A stretch of 64,000 nt of DNA from IMG/VR virus record IMGVR_UViG_3300025674_000021, positions 37,707 through 101,706 of that record, one strand, 5' to 3'. The stretch's first letter is position 1. Each line of letters begins with the position of its first letter. The translations under genes were made by a program, and so were the position numbers. The notes under the pieces are model-generated. The model was given only the letters and a program-made list of their open reading frames with translations. It made no database searches and was not told the origin of the DNA. Origin of the DNA: a virus. Below, one piece after another: positions 27,404 to 35,755 of the stretch.

Positions 27404-27406
27404 GTT

Positions 27407-27443
27407 AAGAGGGGTTGCCGCTCCTCTTTTTTTGTGATAAAAT
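27407..27443 (+). promoter_or_regulatory. Terminator hairpin with overlapping sigma70 promoter
   Basis: AAGAGGGG..CTCCTCTT plus T-run; TTGCCG-17 nt-TAAAAT. Confidence 0.6.
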
Positions 27444-27463
27444 TGGATTGTTAGCATGATATC

Positions 27464-27928
27464 ATGGCACGCGATCTAACGAATATCCCACCAGGTCAGA
27501 CACGTTGCAGTGTTTGTGATGTGATGAAGGAGAACACTGAGTTCACGTTCTATAAGAATCGTCACACTGACAACGGTTATCGTTTGATGACCAACACAAA
27601 TTGTGTTTCTTGTCAAAAAGAAAAGAGTAAAGAAAGAAACGCAATTCGAAAAAAATTTAAAAATATTAAACCTCCCTTTTTCGGTGAGGTATGTGATTGC
27701 TGCAAAAAACCAGTGTATCGAAACTGGCAATTGGATCACTGCCATGAAACTGGAGAGTTTCGTGGATGGTTGTGTAAGCAGTGTAACACAGGTCTAGGTA
27801 ACCTTGGAGACAACCTAGAGTCCCTTACCCTTGCTGTAGAATACCTGGAGAGAGCTAAGAAGAATGAAAATCCCGGTCAACTCAATAATCTGTCAAGACA
27901 ACGTATCCTTCTTGAAAACGCTTCCTGA
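27464..27928 (+). CDS. Second Endonuclease VII-like nuclease
   Basis: CSVC..CVSC..CDCC; LDHCHETGEFRGWLCKQCNTGLG. Confidence 0.85.
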   Translation: MARDLTNIPPGQTRCSVCDVMKENTEFTFYKNRHTDNGYRLMTNTNCVSCQKEKSKERNAIRKKFKNIKPPFFGEVCDCCKKPVYRNWQLDHCHETGEFRGWLCKQCNTGLGNLGDNLESLTLAVEYLERAKKNENPGQLNNLSRQRILLENAS

Positions 27929-28706
27929 TGAATGCGTTGATATGGTGGTCACATCCCCTCCATACGACAATCTGAGGGACTACAACGGGTATGACCTGGA
28001 TCTCCATGGTCTTGGGGTAGAACTCCTCAGAGTCCTCAAAGACGGCGGTATATGCATCATGGTGATCCAGGATGCTACTAAGGATGGAGCGAAGACCCTA
28101 ACGTCTTTCAGGACTATCGTTGACTGGTGTGACAACATCGGATTCCGTCTCTTCGAATGCAACATCTACAACAGGCAAGGAACTGAAGGTGCCTGGTGGA
28201 AGAAGAGGTTTAGGGTTGATCATGAGTATATGCCAATCTTTATAAAAGGCAAAAGACCTCAATACTTTGATAAAGAGAACATAAAGATTCCTTCCAAACA
28301 TGCTAATAAAGTAATGACTGGTGCAAACATCAGAACAAAAAATGGAAGAACTGGTTCTAGAAAAGTAAAGATTAATCCTACCAAATGTCCTGGAACTGTT
28401 ATGACATTTGGAAATACTTGTGGTGGTGAAAGTAAATTAAAAAGTCAACACCCTGCAGTATTCCCAAATATGCTTGCATATGACATGATTGAATGCTTTT
28501 GTCCTCCTGAAGGTCTTGTGCTTGATCCTTTTAATGGAAGTGGGACAACTACTCTTGCAGCAAAATCTCTAGGTAGAAATTACATTGGCATTGATGTCTC
28601 TGAGGACTATAATAAGATTGCGATTCAAAGATTAGAGGTTGAAACTATCTACCGTAAAGTTCCTGTAGTGGAATCCGAATATGATATTTTTAACATCGGA
28701 ACCTAA
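27864..28706 (+). CDS. DNA amino-methyltransferase, beta class (N4-cytosine or N6-adenine)
   Basis: TSPPY catalytic motif precedes HPAVFP and DPFNGSGTT SAM-binding motif. Confidence 0.9.
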   Translation: MKIPVNSIICQDNVSFLKTLPDECVDMVVTSPPYDNLRDYNGYDLDLHGLGVELLRVLKDGGICIMVIQDATKDGAKTLTSFRTIVDWCDNIGFRLFECNIYNRQGTEGAWWKKRFRVDHEYMPIFIKGKRPQYFDKENIKIPSKHANKVMTGANIRTKNGRTGSRKVKINPTKCPGTVMTFGNTCGGESKLKSQHPAVFPNMLAYDMIECFCPPEGLVLDPFNGSGTTTLAAKSLGRNYIGIDVSEDYNKIAIQRLEVETIYRKVPVVESEYDIFNIGT

Positions 28707-28766
28707 ATAAATGTGGTTGCCTTCGGGGACCATACAATCAAAACTCGCTTTTAAAGGAGAATCACA

Positions 28767-29201
28767 ATGCCTGATATCATGAAGTATAACGCAGCCAACA
28801 TTAATCAACTGTTGGAGCGTATTCATAAGAATAGTATTGGAATGGAAGATTACTTTGATAGGATCTTTGCTCTACATGAGACCAGTTCAAACTATCCACC
28901 ATACAATCTGATTGCAGTAGATCATGTCACATCTCAACTGGAGATCGCACTAGCAGGATTTAAAACAAAAGAAGTAAATGTCTACACACAAGATGGTAAA
29001 CTCTTTATCGAAGGTCAGAAAGAAGATAAGGAGGAAAAAATCGACTACATGTTCAAGGGTTTGGCTCAACGGAGTTTTACACGTTCCTGGACACTTAGCG
29101 AAGACACGGAAGTTGGATCAGTTTTATTTGAAAATGGGCTTCTGACGATTACGTTAAAGAAAATTGTCCCAGAAGCACATAAGAGAAAAGATTATCTTTG
29201 A
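28767..29201 (+). CDS. hsp20: Small heat-shock protein
   Basis: NYPPYN, EIALAGF, KGLAQRSF.RSW.L, NGLL.I motifs. Confidence 0.95.
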   Translation: MPDIMKYNAANINQLLERIHKNSIGMEDYFDRIFALHETSSNYPPYNLIAVDHVTSQLEIALAGFKTKEVNVYTQDGKLFIEGQKEDKEEKIDYMFKGLAQRSFTRSWTLSEDTEVGSVLFENGLLTITLKKIVPEAHKRKDYL

Positions 29202-29204
29202 TCT

Positions 29205-29804
29205 ATGAAAAACCTTTCAGATTATGTAAAAGTTTACGATAATGTGCTTCCAAAAAGCATGTGTGAATACATCATTCGAAGATTTGAATTGAGTGATAAG
29301 AAAGAAGAAGGGATTCCTGGAACTCCAGATGGACCTGTAGATAATGGTTGGAAGAAAGATATGGAAATTGCCATATCATCTCAACCAGAATTTAGAGAAA
29401 TTGATAACTTAATATATGAAAAACTTTCTCCATATTGTGATAGATATATTTCAGAAATGAATAGTATGTTCTGTGAAGAACCAATGCTTGGGGGAACGTA
29501 TTCAGATACTGGTTATTTGATTAAAAGATATGACGTTAATGATGGATGGTTTCACTGGCATCATGATAGTTGTGTAGAAGATTATGGACGTTCATATCGA
29601 TTTGCTGGAATCATCTTTTACTTGAATGATGTATATGAGGGTGGTAAAACTGAGTTTTCTTTTGGCACTACTATTGCTCCAGTAACTGGACGACTTGCTA
29701 TATTTCCAGCATCTTGGCAGTTTATGCATAGAGGAGCAGTTCCTTTAAGCAATGTGAAATATATAATCACAAGTTTTTTGCATATGCCTAGTGCTAGTTA
29801 TTAA
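29205..29804 (+). CDS. 2OG-Fe(II) oxygenase
   Basis: WHHD...YLNDV.EGG.T.F...IFP....H.G....KY pattern. Confidence 0.88.
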   Translation: MKNLSDYVKVYDNVLPKSMCEYIIRRFELSDKKEEGIPGTPDGPVDNGWKKDMEIAISSQPEFREIDNLIYEKLSPYCDRYISEMNSMFCEEPMLGGTYSDTGYLIKRYDVNDGWFHWHHDSCVEDYGRSYRFAGIIFYLNDVYEGGKTEFSFGTTIAPVTGRLAIFPASWQFMHRGAVPLSNVKYIITSFLHMPSASY

Positions 29805-29915
29805 ATGAAAACATTATATTCAGATCCTAACTGATTTTCGCTATGGTTGATACAGAAGTGTATCATAGTGATACAGTATAATATAGATAGTTATGTACAA
29901 TTAGGAGGACGACTC

Positions 29916-29999
29916 ATGAACTTAACAGCCGCCACTCTTTTTATTGGGACTACAATGACTCTTTTTAGTAGTTGGACCCTTGGCAGCATACTACCCTAA
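29916..29999 (+). CDS. 27-aa hydrophobic peptide
   Basis: Strong AGGAGG RBS; MNLTAATLFIGTTMTLFSSWTLGSILP; TATAAT at 29877. Confidence 0.55.
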   Translation: MNLTAATLFIGTTMTLFSSWTLGSILP

Positions 30000-30062
30000 T
30001 GGTCCACCCAAAGCAGAAATCTTTTTAACAACTCCATAAATAAAACTGAATATCGTCGTCGC

Positions 30063-30115
30063 TGAGGGGCAACTGGCAAAATCCAGTTGACGCCCCTCAT
30101 TTTTCTTGGTATAAT
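30063..30115 (+). promoter_or_regulatory. Long terminator-like hairpin with embedded sigma70 promoter for the gp43 operon
   Basis: TGAGGGGCAACTGG..CCAGTT-GAC-GCCCCTCA; TTGACG-17 nt-TATAAT. Confidence 0.7.
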
Positions 30116-30136
30116 TTTGAGAGGCACTGAGGCACC

Positions 30137-30478
30137 ATGGCAATTAAAATACTGTTGCTCAAGTCAGGAGAGAACCTGATCGCAGATGTTAAAGATAGAT
30201 TGGTCGATGGGCAGTTTCGCGCATATCGATTAAAAGATCCCCGTATCATTATTGAAACTGATTCGGAAGTAGAGTTTTTAACTGAAGAACCGGAAGAGCA
30301 AACAGAGAAGTCAACTATTGATATCTCTCTTACTCCTTGGTGTTTGCTCAGTGATGATCAAGAGATAGATATAAATCCAGATTGGGTTGTTTACATGGCG
30401 AATCCAATTTCTGATATTCTAGACCTATACGTTAATCCACAAAATGAAAGAGATCAAGTGCATTTTACTGGGAGTTGA
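30137..30478 (+). CDS. Conserved hypothetical protein (Sm-like fold possible)
   Basis: IK.LLLKSGE.LIADV and L.PW motifs. Confidence 0.75.
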   Translation: MAIKILLLKSGENLIADVKDRLVDGQFRAYRLKDPRIIIETDSEVEFLTEEPEEQTEKSTIDISLTPWCLLSDDQEIDINPDWVVYMANPISDILDLYVNPQNERDQVHFTGS

Positions 30479-30698
30479 TACAGTCCTCGTAACCGAAGTT
30501 GAAGCGATTGAACCTGATAACCCAGGAGAACCTGAGTGTGAACTCACCAAACCCTATGAGATTGATGAGGAGGGTGAACTCACTCCATGGCCAAGAGGTT
30601 CTGAAGGAAATGTTATGAGAGTTCACTCTTACAACATTTTGACTATGGTAGATGCAAAGGCAGACATTGTTGCCAAGTACAAAGAGCTTACATCCTGA
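30444..30698 (+). CDS. Conserved hypothetical protein
   Basis: 84-aa ORF abutting the gp43 start. Confidence 0.75.
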   Translation: MKEIKCILLGVDTVLVTEVEAIEPDNPGEPECELTKPYEIDEEGELTPWPRGSEGNVMRVHSYNILTMVDAKADIVAKYKELTS

Positions 30699-31984
30699 TG
30701 CGATTTTACACAAACGTTCAAATGGTCGGGGATCACTTCTTGGTCCGTGGTTATGAAAATGGAAAGCATTTCATGACTCGGGAGAAGTTTTACCCAACTC
30801 TCTTCGTGCCTTCTAAAAAGAAGACAAAATATAAAACATTAGAAGGTGATCACGTTGAAGCAGTTCAACCAGGAACAGTTCGTGACTGTAGGGAGTTCAT
30901 AAAAAAGTACGAGGGTGTGCAGAACTTTAAGATCTATGGTAACACCCAGTACATCTATCAGTACATTTCTGAGATGTACCCTGAAGAAATCATCAAGTTT
31001 GATACTAGTAGAATCAAAATTACTACTATTGATATTGAGGTTGCATCTGAGAATGGATTCCCAGATGTAGAATCTGCTGCAGAAGAAGTTCTTTTGATTA
31101 CAATTCAAGATTACACGAATAAGCAGATTCGTACATGGGGTCAAGGACCTTTTAAGAATACTCAGGAGAATGTAATTTATACTGAGTGTGATTCTGAGTT
31201 TGATCTTCTCACTAAATTTATCAACTGGTGGATGATGGAAGAAAATATCCCTGAGGTTGTTACAGGATGGAACAACGAATTGTACGATATGCCGTATCTG
31301 GTTCGTCGTATGGATCGAGTTCTTGGAGAAAAACTTATGAAAAGAATTTCTCCTTGGGGTCTTGTGACTGAGAGAGAAGTTTTTATCTCTGGTCGTAAGA
31401 ATATTGCATATGATATCGGTGGTATTACTCAACTTGACTATCTAAATCTCTACAAGAAATTTACATACAAGGCACAAGAATCCTATCGTCTGGATTACAT
31501 TGCTAGCGTAGAACTTGGACAGAAGAAACTTGATCACTCTGAGTTTGATACTTTCAAGGACTTCTATACAAATGGATGGCAGAAGTTTGTAGAATACAAC
31601 ATCATTGACGTGGAACTTGTTGACCGTTTGGAAGACAAGATGAAACTAATTGACCTTGCAATCACTCTTGCATATGACGCGAAGGCAAACTATGCCGATG
31701 TATCATCTCAGGTTAGGATGTGGGATACAATCATATATAACTATTTGAAGAAACAAAACATTGTTATTCCTCCGAAAGAAAAGTCGGAAAAAGACAAAAA
31801 GTATGAAGGTGCATACGTTAAGGAACCTACCCCAGGATCTTATGATTGGGTTGTAAGTTTTGACCTCAACTCTCTGTATCCACACATCATCATGCAGTAT
31901 GCAATCAGTCCAGAAACTCTAGTGGACATGAATAATTTAAATGCCAGAATTATGGAGTTAGAAGATGCTCTCCAAACCTATTAA
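30698..31984 (+). CDS. gp43: Family B DNA polymerase, N-terminal fragment (exonuclease plus motif A)
   Basis: DIEV ExoI, GWN..YD ExoII, YNI.DV ExoIII, SFDLNSLYP motif A; terminates shortly after ISPETL. Confidence 0.93.
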   Translation: MRFYTNVQMVGDHFLVRGYENGKHFMTREKFYPTLFVPSKKKTKYKTLEGDHVEAVQPGTVRDCREFIKKYEGVQNFKIYGNTQYIYQYISEMYPEEIIKFDTSRIKITTIDIEVASENGFPDVESAAEEVLLITIQDYTNKQIRTWGQGPFKNTQENVIYTECDSEFDLLTKFINWWMMEENIPEVVTGWNNELYDMPYLVRRMDRVLGEKLMKRISPWGLVTEREVFISGRKNIAYDIGGITQLDYLNLYKKFTYKAQESYRLDYIASVELGQKKLDHSEFDTFKDFYTNGWQKFVEYNIIDVELVDRLEDKMKLIDLAITLAYDAKANYADVSSQVRMWDTIIYNYLKKQNIVIPPKEKSEKDKKYEGAYVKEPTPGSYDWVVSFDLNSLYPHIIMQYAISPETLVDMNNLNARIMELEDALQTY

Positions 31985-32540
31985 AATTAAAAATGTAGTA
32001 CCACAACATCTCTTTGATTCTCTTCAAGATGAATTTGATCATAGTGGATGGTCTCTGGGAAATAAATCGTATAATCAAAAATGGCAAAGAGATGGTTTTA
32101 CCCTGGCAGATTTGCCAGCAAATAGACCTATAATATTTAATATCGCTAGTTACATTAAATTAAAGATTCAAAGATACATAAAGCATGATTTGGCATTTAT
32201 TAGAGCTCATGTGAATGGGTATGTCTATGGTCAAACTGGAGGTTTTCACCAAGATTTTGTTGAGCATAGAACTTATACTTTTATAATGTTTACTCATGAA
32301 AACTGGAACATGCAGTGGGGAGGAGAGTTTGTATGCTATGATGAATCTGCACAGGATTACAAGTTCTTCCCAGCATTGCCTAATACAGGAGTTCTGATAC
32401 CTTCTGATTGGGATCATTACGGAGCTGCTCCAAATGAATATGCTAATTGTATGAGATCAACCATTGGATTCAGTTTTTGTGACCCAAGTATAAAAGAGTA
32501 CATGTCTGAAGTGTGTGCTCAAGTAAAATACTTCACCTGA
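31965..32540 (+). CDS. 2OG-Fe(II) oxygenase inserted in the split gp43
   Basis: FHQD...W...WGGE....H.G.AP....R pattern. Confidence 0.85.
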   Translation: MLSKPIKIKNVVPQHLFDSLQDEFDHSGWSLGNKSYNQKWQRDGFTLADLPANRPIIFNIASYIKLKIQRYIKHDLAFIRAHVNGYVYGQTGGFHQDFVEHRTYTFIMFTHENWNMQWGGEFVCYDESAQDYKFFPALPNTGVLIPSDWDHYGAAPNEYANCMRSTIGFSFCDPSIKEYMSEVCAQVKYFT

Positions 32541-32542
32541 TT

Positions 32543-33895
32543 ATGTGGAAAGACGTTAAAAAAATGTCCAACGAAGAAATTCAATCTGAGTTGGAAAACC
32601 TAAAAAAAGTCAGGGAAATTTCTGCAAATGTCAATGTAGAAAAAATTCTTAATGAGGACATAGATCTTAGTCCTTTGAAAGAAGTCAATCTAACTATTGC
32701 TGCAAACGGAGCACTGTATCACAGGGTCCAGGGGTTTCTTCCACAGATTATGGAGAACCTATACGATGAACGAAAGGCATACAAGAAGAAAATGCTTGCC
32801 GCCGAAAGTCAGTATGAAAAGACGCCCACAAAGAAATTAGAGAAGGATATTTCTAAGTTCAATAACATTCAGATGGCACGAAAGATTCAATTGAACTCTG
32901 CTTATGGTGCTATCGGAAATCAGTATTTTAGGTACTTTAAGTTAGCAAACGCTGAAGCAATCACCCTTTCTGGGCAAGTTGCTGCTCAGTGGATTGAAAA
33001 TAGGATGAACAAGTACCTAAATAAACTGCTAGACACAGGAGATGCAGATTATGTCATTGCATCTGACACCGATTCAATCTATATTAATCTTGGACCTCTT
33101 GTTGATAAACTTTTTGGTCCTAAAAATGGTGACACGGCAAAAGTTGTTAATGTACTGGACAAAATCTGTGCGGAGCAGCTGGAACCGTTCATTGATAAGA
33201 ACTACCAGAGGTTGGCGGAGTATGTATCGGCGCATAAGCAGAAAATGCAAATGAAGCGAGAGTGTATCGCTGAACGTGGAATTTGGACTGCTAAGAAAAG
33301 ATACATTCTGAGTGTCTGGAATAGTGAAGGTGTTAGTTATCTGGAAAGTGGATATAAGTTGAAGATCAAAGGCATTGAGGCAATCAAATCTTCAACTCCT
33401 GCTCCGTGTAGAAAAATGCTTAAAGATTCCTTTCACATTTTGCTGAAGGGGACTGAAAGTGATGCGATTGAATTTATTGAGAAGTGCAGATCTGAATTCA
33501 AACAATTGAGTCCAGAAGAAGTTGCCTTCCCAAGATCAGTTTCTGATGTTAGAAAATATTACTCTTCGTCAGATATCTACACTAAAGGAACCCCCATTCA
33601 TGTGAGGGGAGCACTACTGTTTAATCACTATATCAAAGAGAATAAACTGGATAGAAAGTATTCTCTGATTCAGAATGGAGAGAAGATCAAGTATGTGTAC
33701 CTCAAAAAACCGAATATCATCAGGGAGAACGTGTTCTCCTTCATTCAGGATTTTCCTAGAGAATTGGGTCTTGACAAGTACGTTGACTATGACCTACAAT
33801 TTGAAAAGAGCTTTCTTGAACCTCTTAAGACCATCCTGAACTGTATTGGATGGTCACACGAAAAAACTGCTAACCTCGATTCATTTTTTACCTAA
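32543..33895 (+). CDS. gp43: Family B DNA polymerase, C-terminal fragment (motifs B and C, thumb)
   Basis: KIQLNSAYG motif B, SDTDS motif C, KKRY, C-terminal LDSFF clamp-binding motif; ATG at 32543. Confidence 0.93.
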   Translation: MWKDVKKMSNEEIQSELENLKKVREISANVNVEKILNEDIDLSPLKEVNLTIAANGALYHRVQGFLPQIMENLYDERKAYKKKMLAAESQYEKTPTKKLEKDISKFNNIQMARKIQLNSAYGAIGNQYFRYFKLANAEAITLSGQVAAQWIENRMNKYLNKLLDTGDADYVIASDTDSIYINLGPLVDKLFGPKNGDTAKVVNVLDKICAEQLEPFIDKNYQRLAEYVSAHKQKMQMKRECIAERGIWTAKKRYILSVWNSEGVSYLESGYKLKIKGIEAIKSSTPAPCRKMLKDSFHILLKGTESDAIEFIEKCRSEFKQLSPEEVAFPRSVSDVRKYYSSSDIYTKGTPIHVRGALLFNHYIKENKLDRKYSLIQNGEKIKYVYLKKPNIIRENVFSFIQDFPRELGLDKYVDYDLQFEKSFLEPLKTILNCIGWSHEKTANLDSFFT

Positions 33896-34066
33896 ATGGA
33901 ACTTCCTATCAACGACAAAGAACTTACCACAATTATTAGTGCATTGCGCCTTGGGGGAGATGCCGCTCTTTATCAAAAAATGAAATTGGTGCAGGAAATT
34001 AGAGATCAGAATCCCAATGGACCATACAAGAAAATTCTAAGGGAGAAGTATGGCATGGTCGCCTAA
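33896..34066 (+). CDS. Small hypothetical protein (56 aa)
   Basis: MELPINDKELTTIISALRLGGDAALYQKMKLV...; starts right after gp43 stop. Confidence 0.7.
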   Translation: MELPINDKELTTIISALRLGGDAALYQKMKLVQEIRDQNPNGPYKKILREKYGMVA

Positions 34067-34217
34067 AATCGGTTATTGGACTCCTAATGATTTGTCAGAT
34101 AGTGAGTTACAATATTTGATGGATATATTGGAAAAGAATGATGAAGAATCAAAACTTTACAGTAAGTTTTGGTGTTGGAAAATGAACTACAGGAACAAAG
34201 ATCATGGACTTTCTTAA
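34050..34217 (+). CDS. Small hypothetical protein (55 aa)
   Basis: MAWSPKIGYWTPNDLSDSELQYLMDILEKND...; fills the gap to uvsX with short overlaps. Confidence 0.55.
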   Translation: MAWSPKIGYWTPNDLSDSELQYLMDILEKNDEESKLYSKFWCWKMNYRNKDHGLS

Positions 34218-35211
34218 AGACATTGTAAAAGAAATTGGTGGTGAGTATACACAACTAGCAGCGGATATCGATGAGCAAGAAGAATTTGTTGATACCGGTT
34301 CGTACATTTTTAACGGACTCGTTTCAGGTAGTATATTTGGTGGCGTATCTAGGAATAAGATTACTGCCATTGCTGGGGAGTCTTCTACTGGAAAAACTTT
34401 TTTCGCGCTTGCAGTTGTCAAGAACTTCTTGGATACCAATCCTGATGGTTACTGCATATATTTTGACACTGAAGCCGCTGTTAACAAATCTCTTCTTACA
34501 GATAGGGGTGTTGACCTAAATAGGACTATAGTAGTTAATGTCGTAACTGTAGAGGAGTTTCGTACTAAGGCACTTAAGGCGGTAGATATCTATCTGAAGA
34601 AATCTGAAGAAGAGCGCAAACCTTGTATGTTTGTGCTAGATTCTTTGGGTATGCTTTCCACTAATAAGGAGATTGAAGATGCTCTGAACGATAAGCAAGT
34701 TCGGGACATGACTAAATCACAACTTATTAAAGGAGCATTCAGGATGTTGACCCTCAAACTGGGTCAAGCAGATATCCCTATGATCGTTACAAACCATACT
34801 TATGATGTCATTGGTGCTTACGTTCCAATGAAAAAAATGGGTGGTGGTAGCGGACTTGAGTATGCCTCCAGTACAATTATTCATCTCTCCAAGAAAAAGG
34901 AGAAAGATGGAACTGAAATCGTTGGTAACATTATTAAGGCAAAAACTGCTAAGTCACGCCTTAGTAAGGAGAACAAAGAAGTTGAGATTCGCCTTTATTA
35001 CGATGAGCGCGGTCTTGATAGGTATTATGGTCTTCTTGAGTTGGGAGAAACCGGTGGACTCTGGAAGAATGTCGCCGGACGTTATGAAATATCTGGTAAG
35101 AAGATCTATGCAAAACAGATTCTAAAAGAACCTGAGGTATATTTCACTGAAGATATCATGAACAAGTTAGATGAAATTGCCAAAGAAACATTTAGTTATG
35201 GACACTCTTAA
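34204..35211 (+). CDS. uvsX: RecA-like recombinase UvsX
   Basis: AGESSTGKT, YFDTE, LDSLG, NHTY, MGGG.G motifs. Confidence 0.95.
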   Translation: MDFLKDIVKEIGGEYTQLAADIDEQEEFVDTGSYIFNGLVSGSIFGGVSRNKITAIAGESSTGKTFFALAVVKNFLDTNPDGYCIYFDTEAAVNKSLLTDRGVDLNRTIVVNVVTVEEFRTKALKAVDIYLKKSEEERKPCMFVLDSLGMLSTNKEIEDALNDKQVRDMTKSQLIKGAFRMLTLKLGQADIPMIVTNHTYDVIGAYVPMKKMGGGSGLEYASSTIIHLSKKKEKDGTEIVGNIIKAKTAKSRLSKENKEVEIRLYYDERGLDRYYGLLELGETGGLWKNVAGRYEISGKKIYAKQILKEPEVYFTEDIMNKLDEIAKETFSYGHS

Positions 35212-35755
35212 TGATTTTATCAGGGTGCATGAAAATGCATTAGATTCTGATACATGTGATTTTTTGGTTCGGTTATTTATCCAAAAGAAAAGCAAAACAG
35301 AAAGAGTTGAGTGTGATGGTAAACCTAACTTCACTCAAATGAATCTCACCCAGAACAGAGATATGTCACCTCAGATTAATGAGGTGCATACTAATTTGAT
35401 TAGGGATGTATTCAAGTATCGTGACGAGTATTATCATTATACGTACAAAGAAATCTTTCCAGAGCAACATGCCTTTGAACAGTTTAGAATCAAAGGATAT
35501 GAACCTGGAGGTGTAGATAGATTCGATGCTCATGTAGATGTAAAGGATTATGAGTCATCACGTAGATTTCTTGCGTTCATGTGGTACTTGAATGATGTTG
35601 AATCTGGTGGCAGAACAATTTTCAATGATATGGAGATCACACCAAAGAAGGGATCTCTGCTAGTATTTCCTCCTCTTTGGATGTTTCCTCATATAGGTGA
35701 GCCACCAAAAAGTAACCCGAAATATGTTCTCACTACGTACTTACACTATCAATGA
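35198..35755 (+). CDS. 2OG-Fe(II) oxygenase
   Basis: HVD...YLNDV..GG.T.F..FPP.W.FPH.G..P.S..KY. Confidence 0.88.
   Translation: MDTLNDFIRVHENALDSDTCDFLVRLFIQKKSKTERVECDGKPNFTQMNLTQNRDMSPQINEVHTNLIRDVFKYRDEYYHYTYKEIFPEQHAFEQFRIKGYEPGGVDRFDAHVDVKDYESSRRFLAFMWYLNDVESGGRTIFNDMEITPKKGSLLVFPPLWMFPHIGEPPKSNPKYVLTTYLHYQ

Noticed and set aside
29860-29874. Canonical NtcA box
   Set aside because: Spacing is GTA-N9-TAC, not N8; kept only as an unassigned palindrome
31900-32650. Intein, intron or simple frameshift error as the cause of the gp43 split
   Set aside because: No intein terminal motifs or recognisable intron core; the interval is filled by an intact coupled ORF, and both fragments have extra coding tails. 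RT-PCR is still needed for certainty
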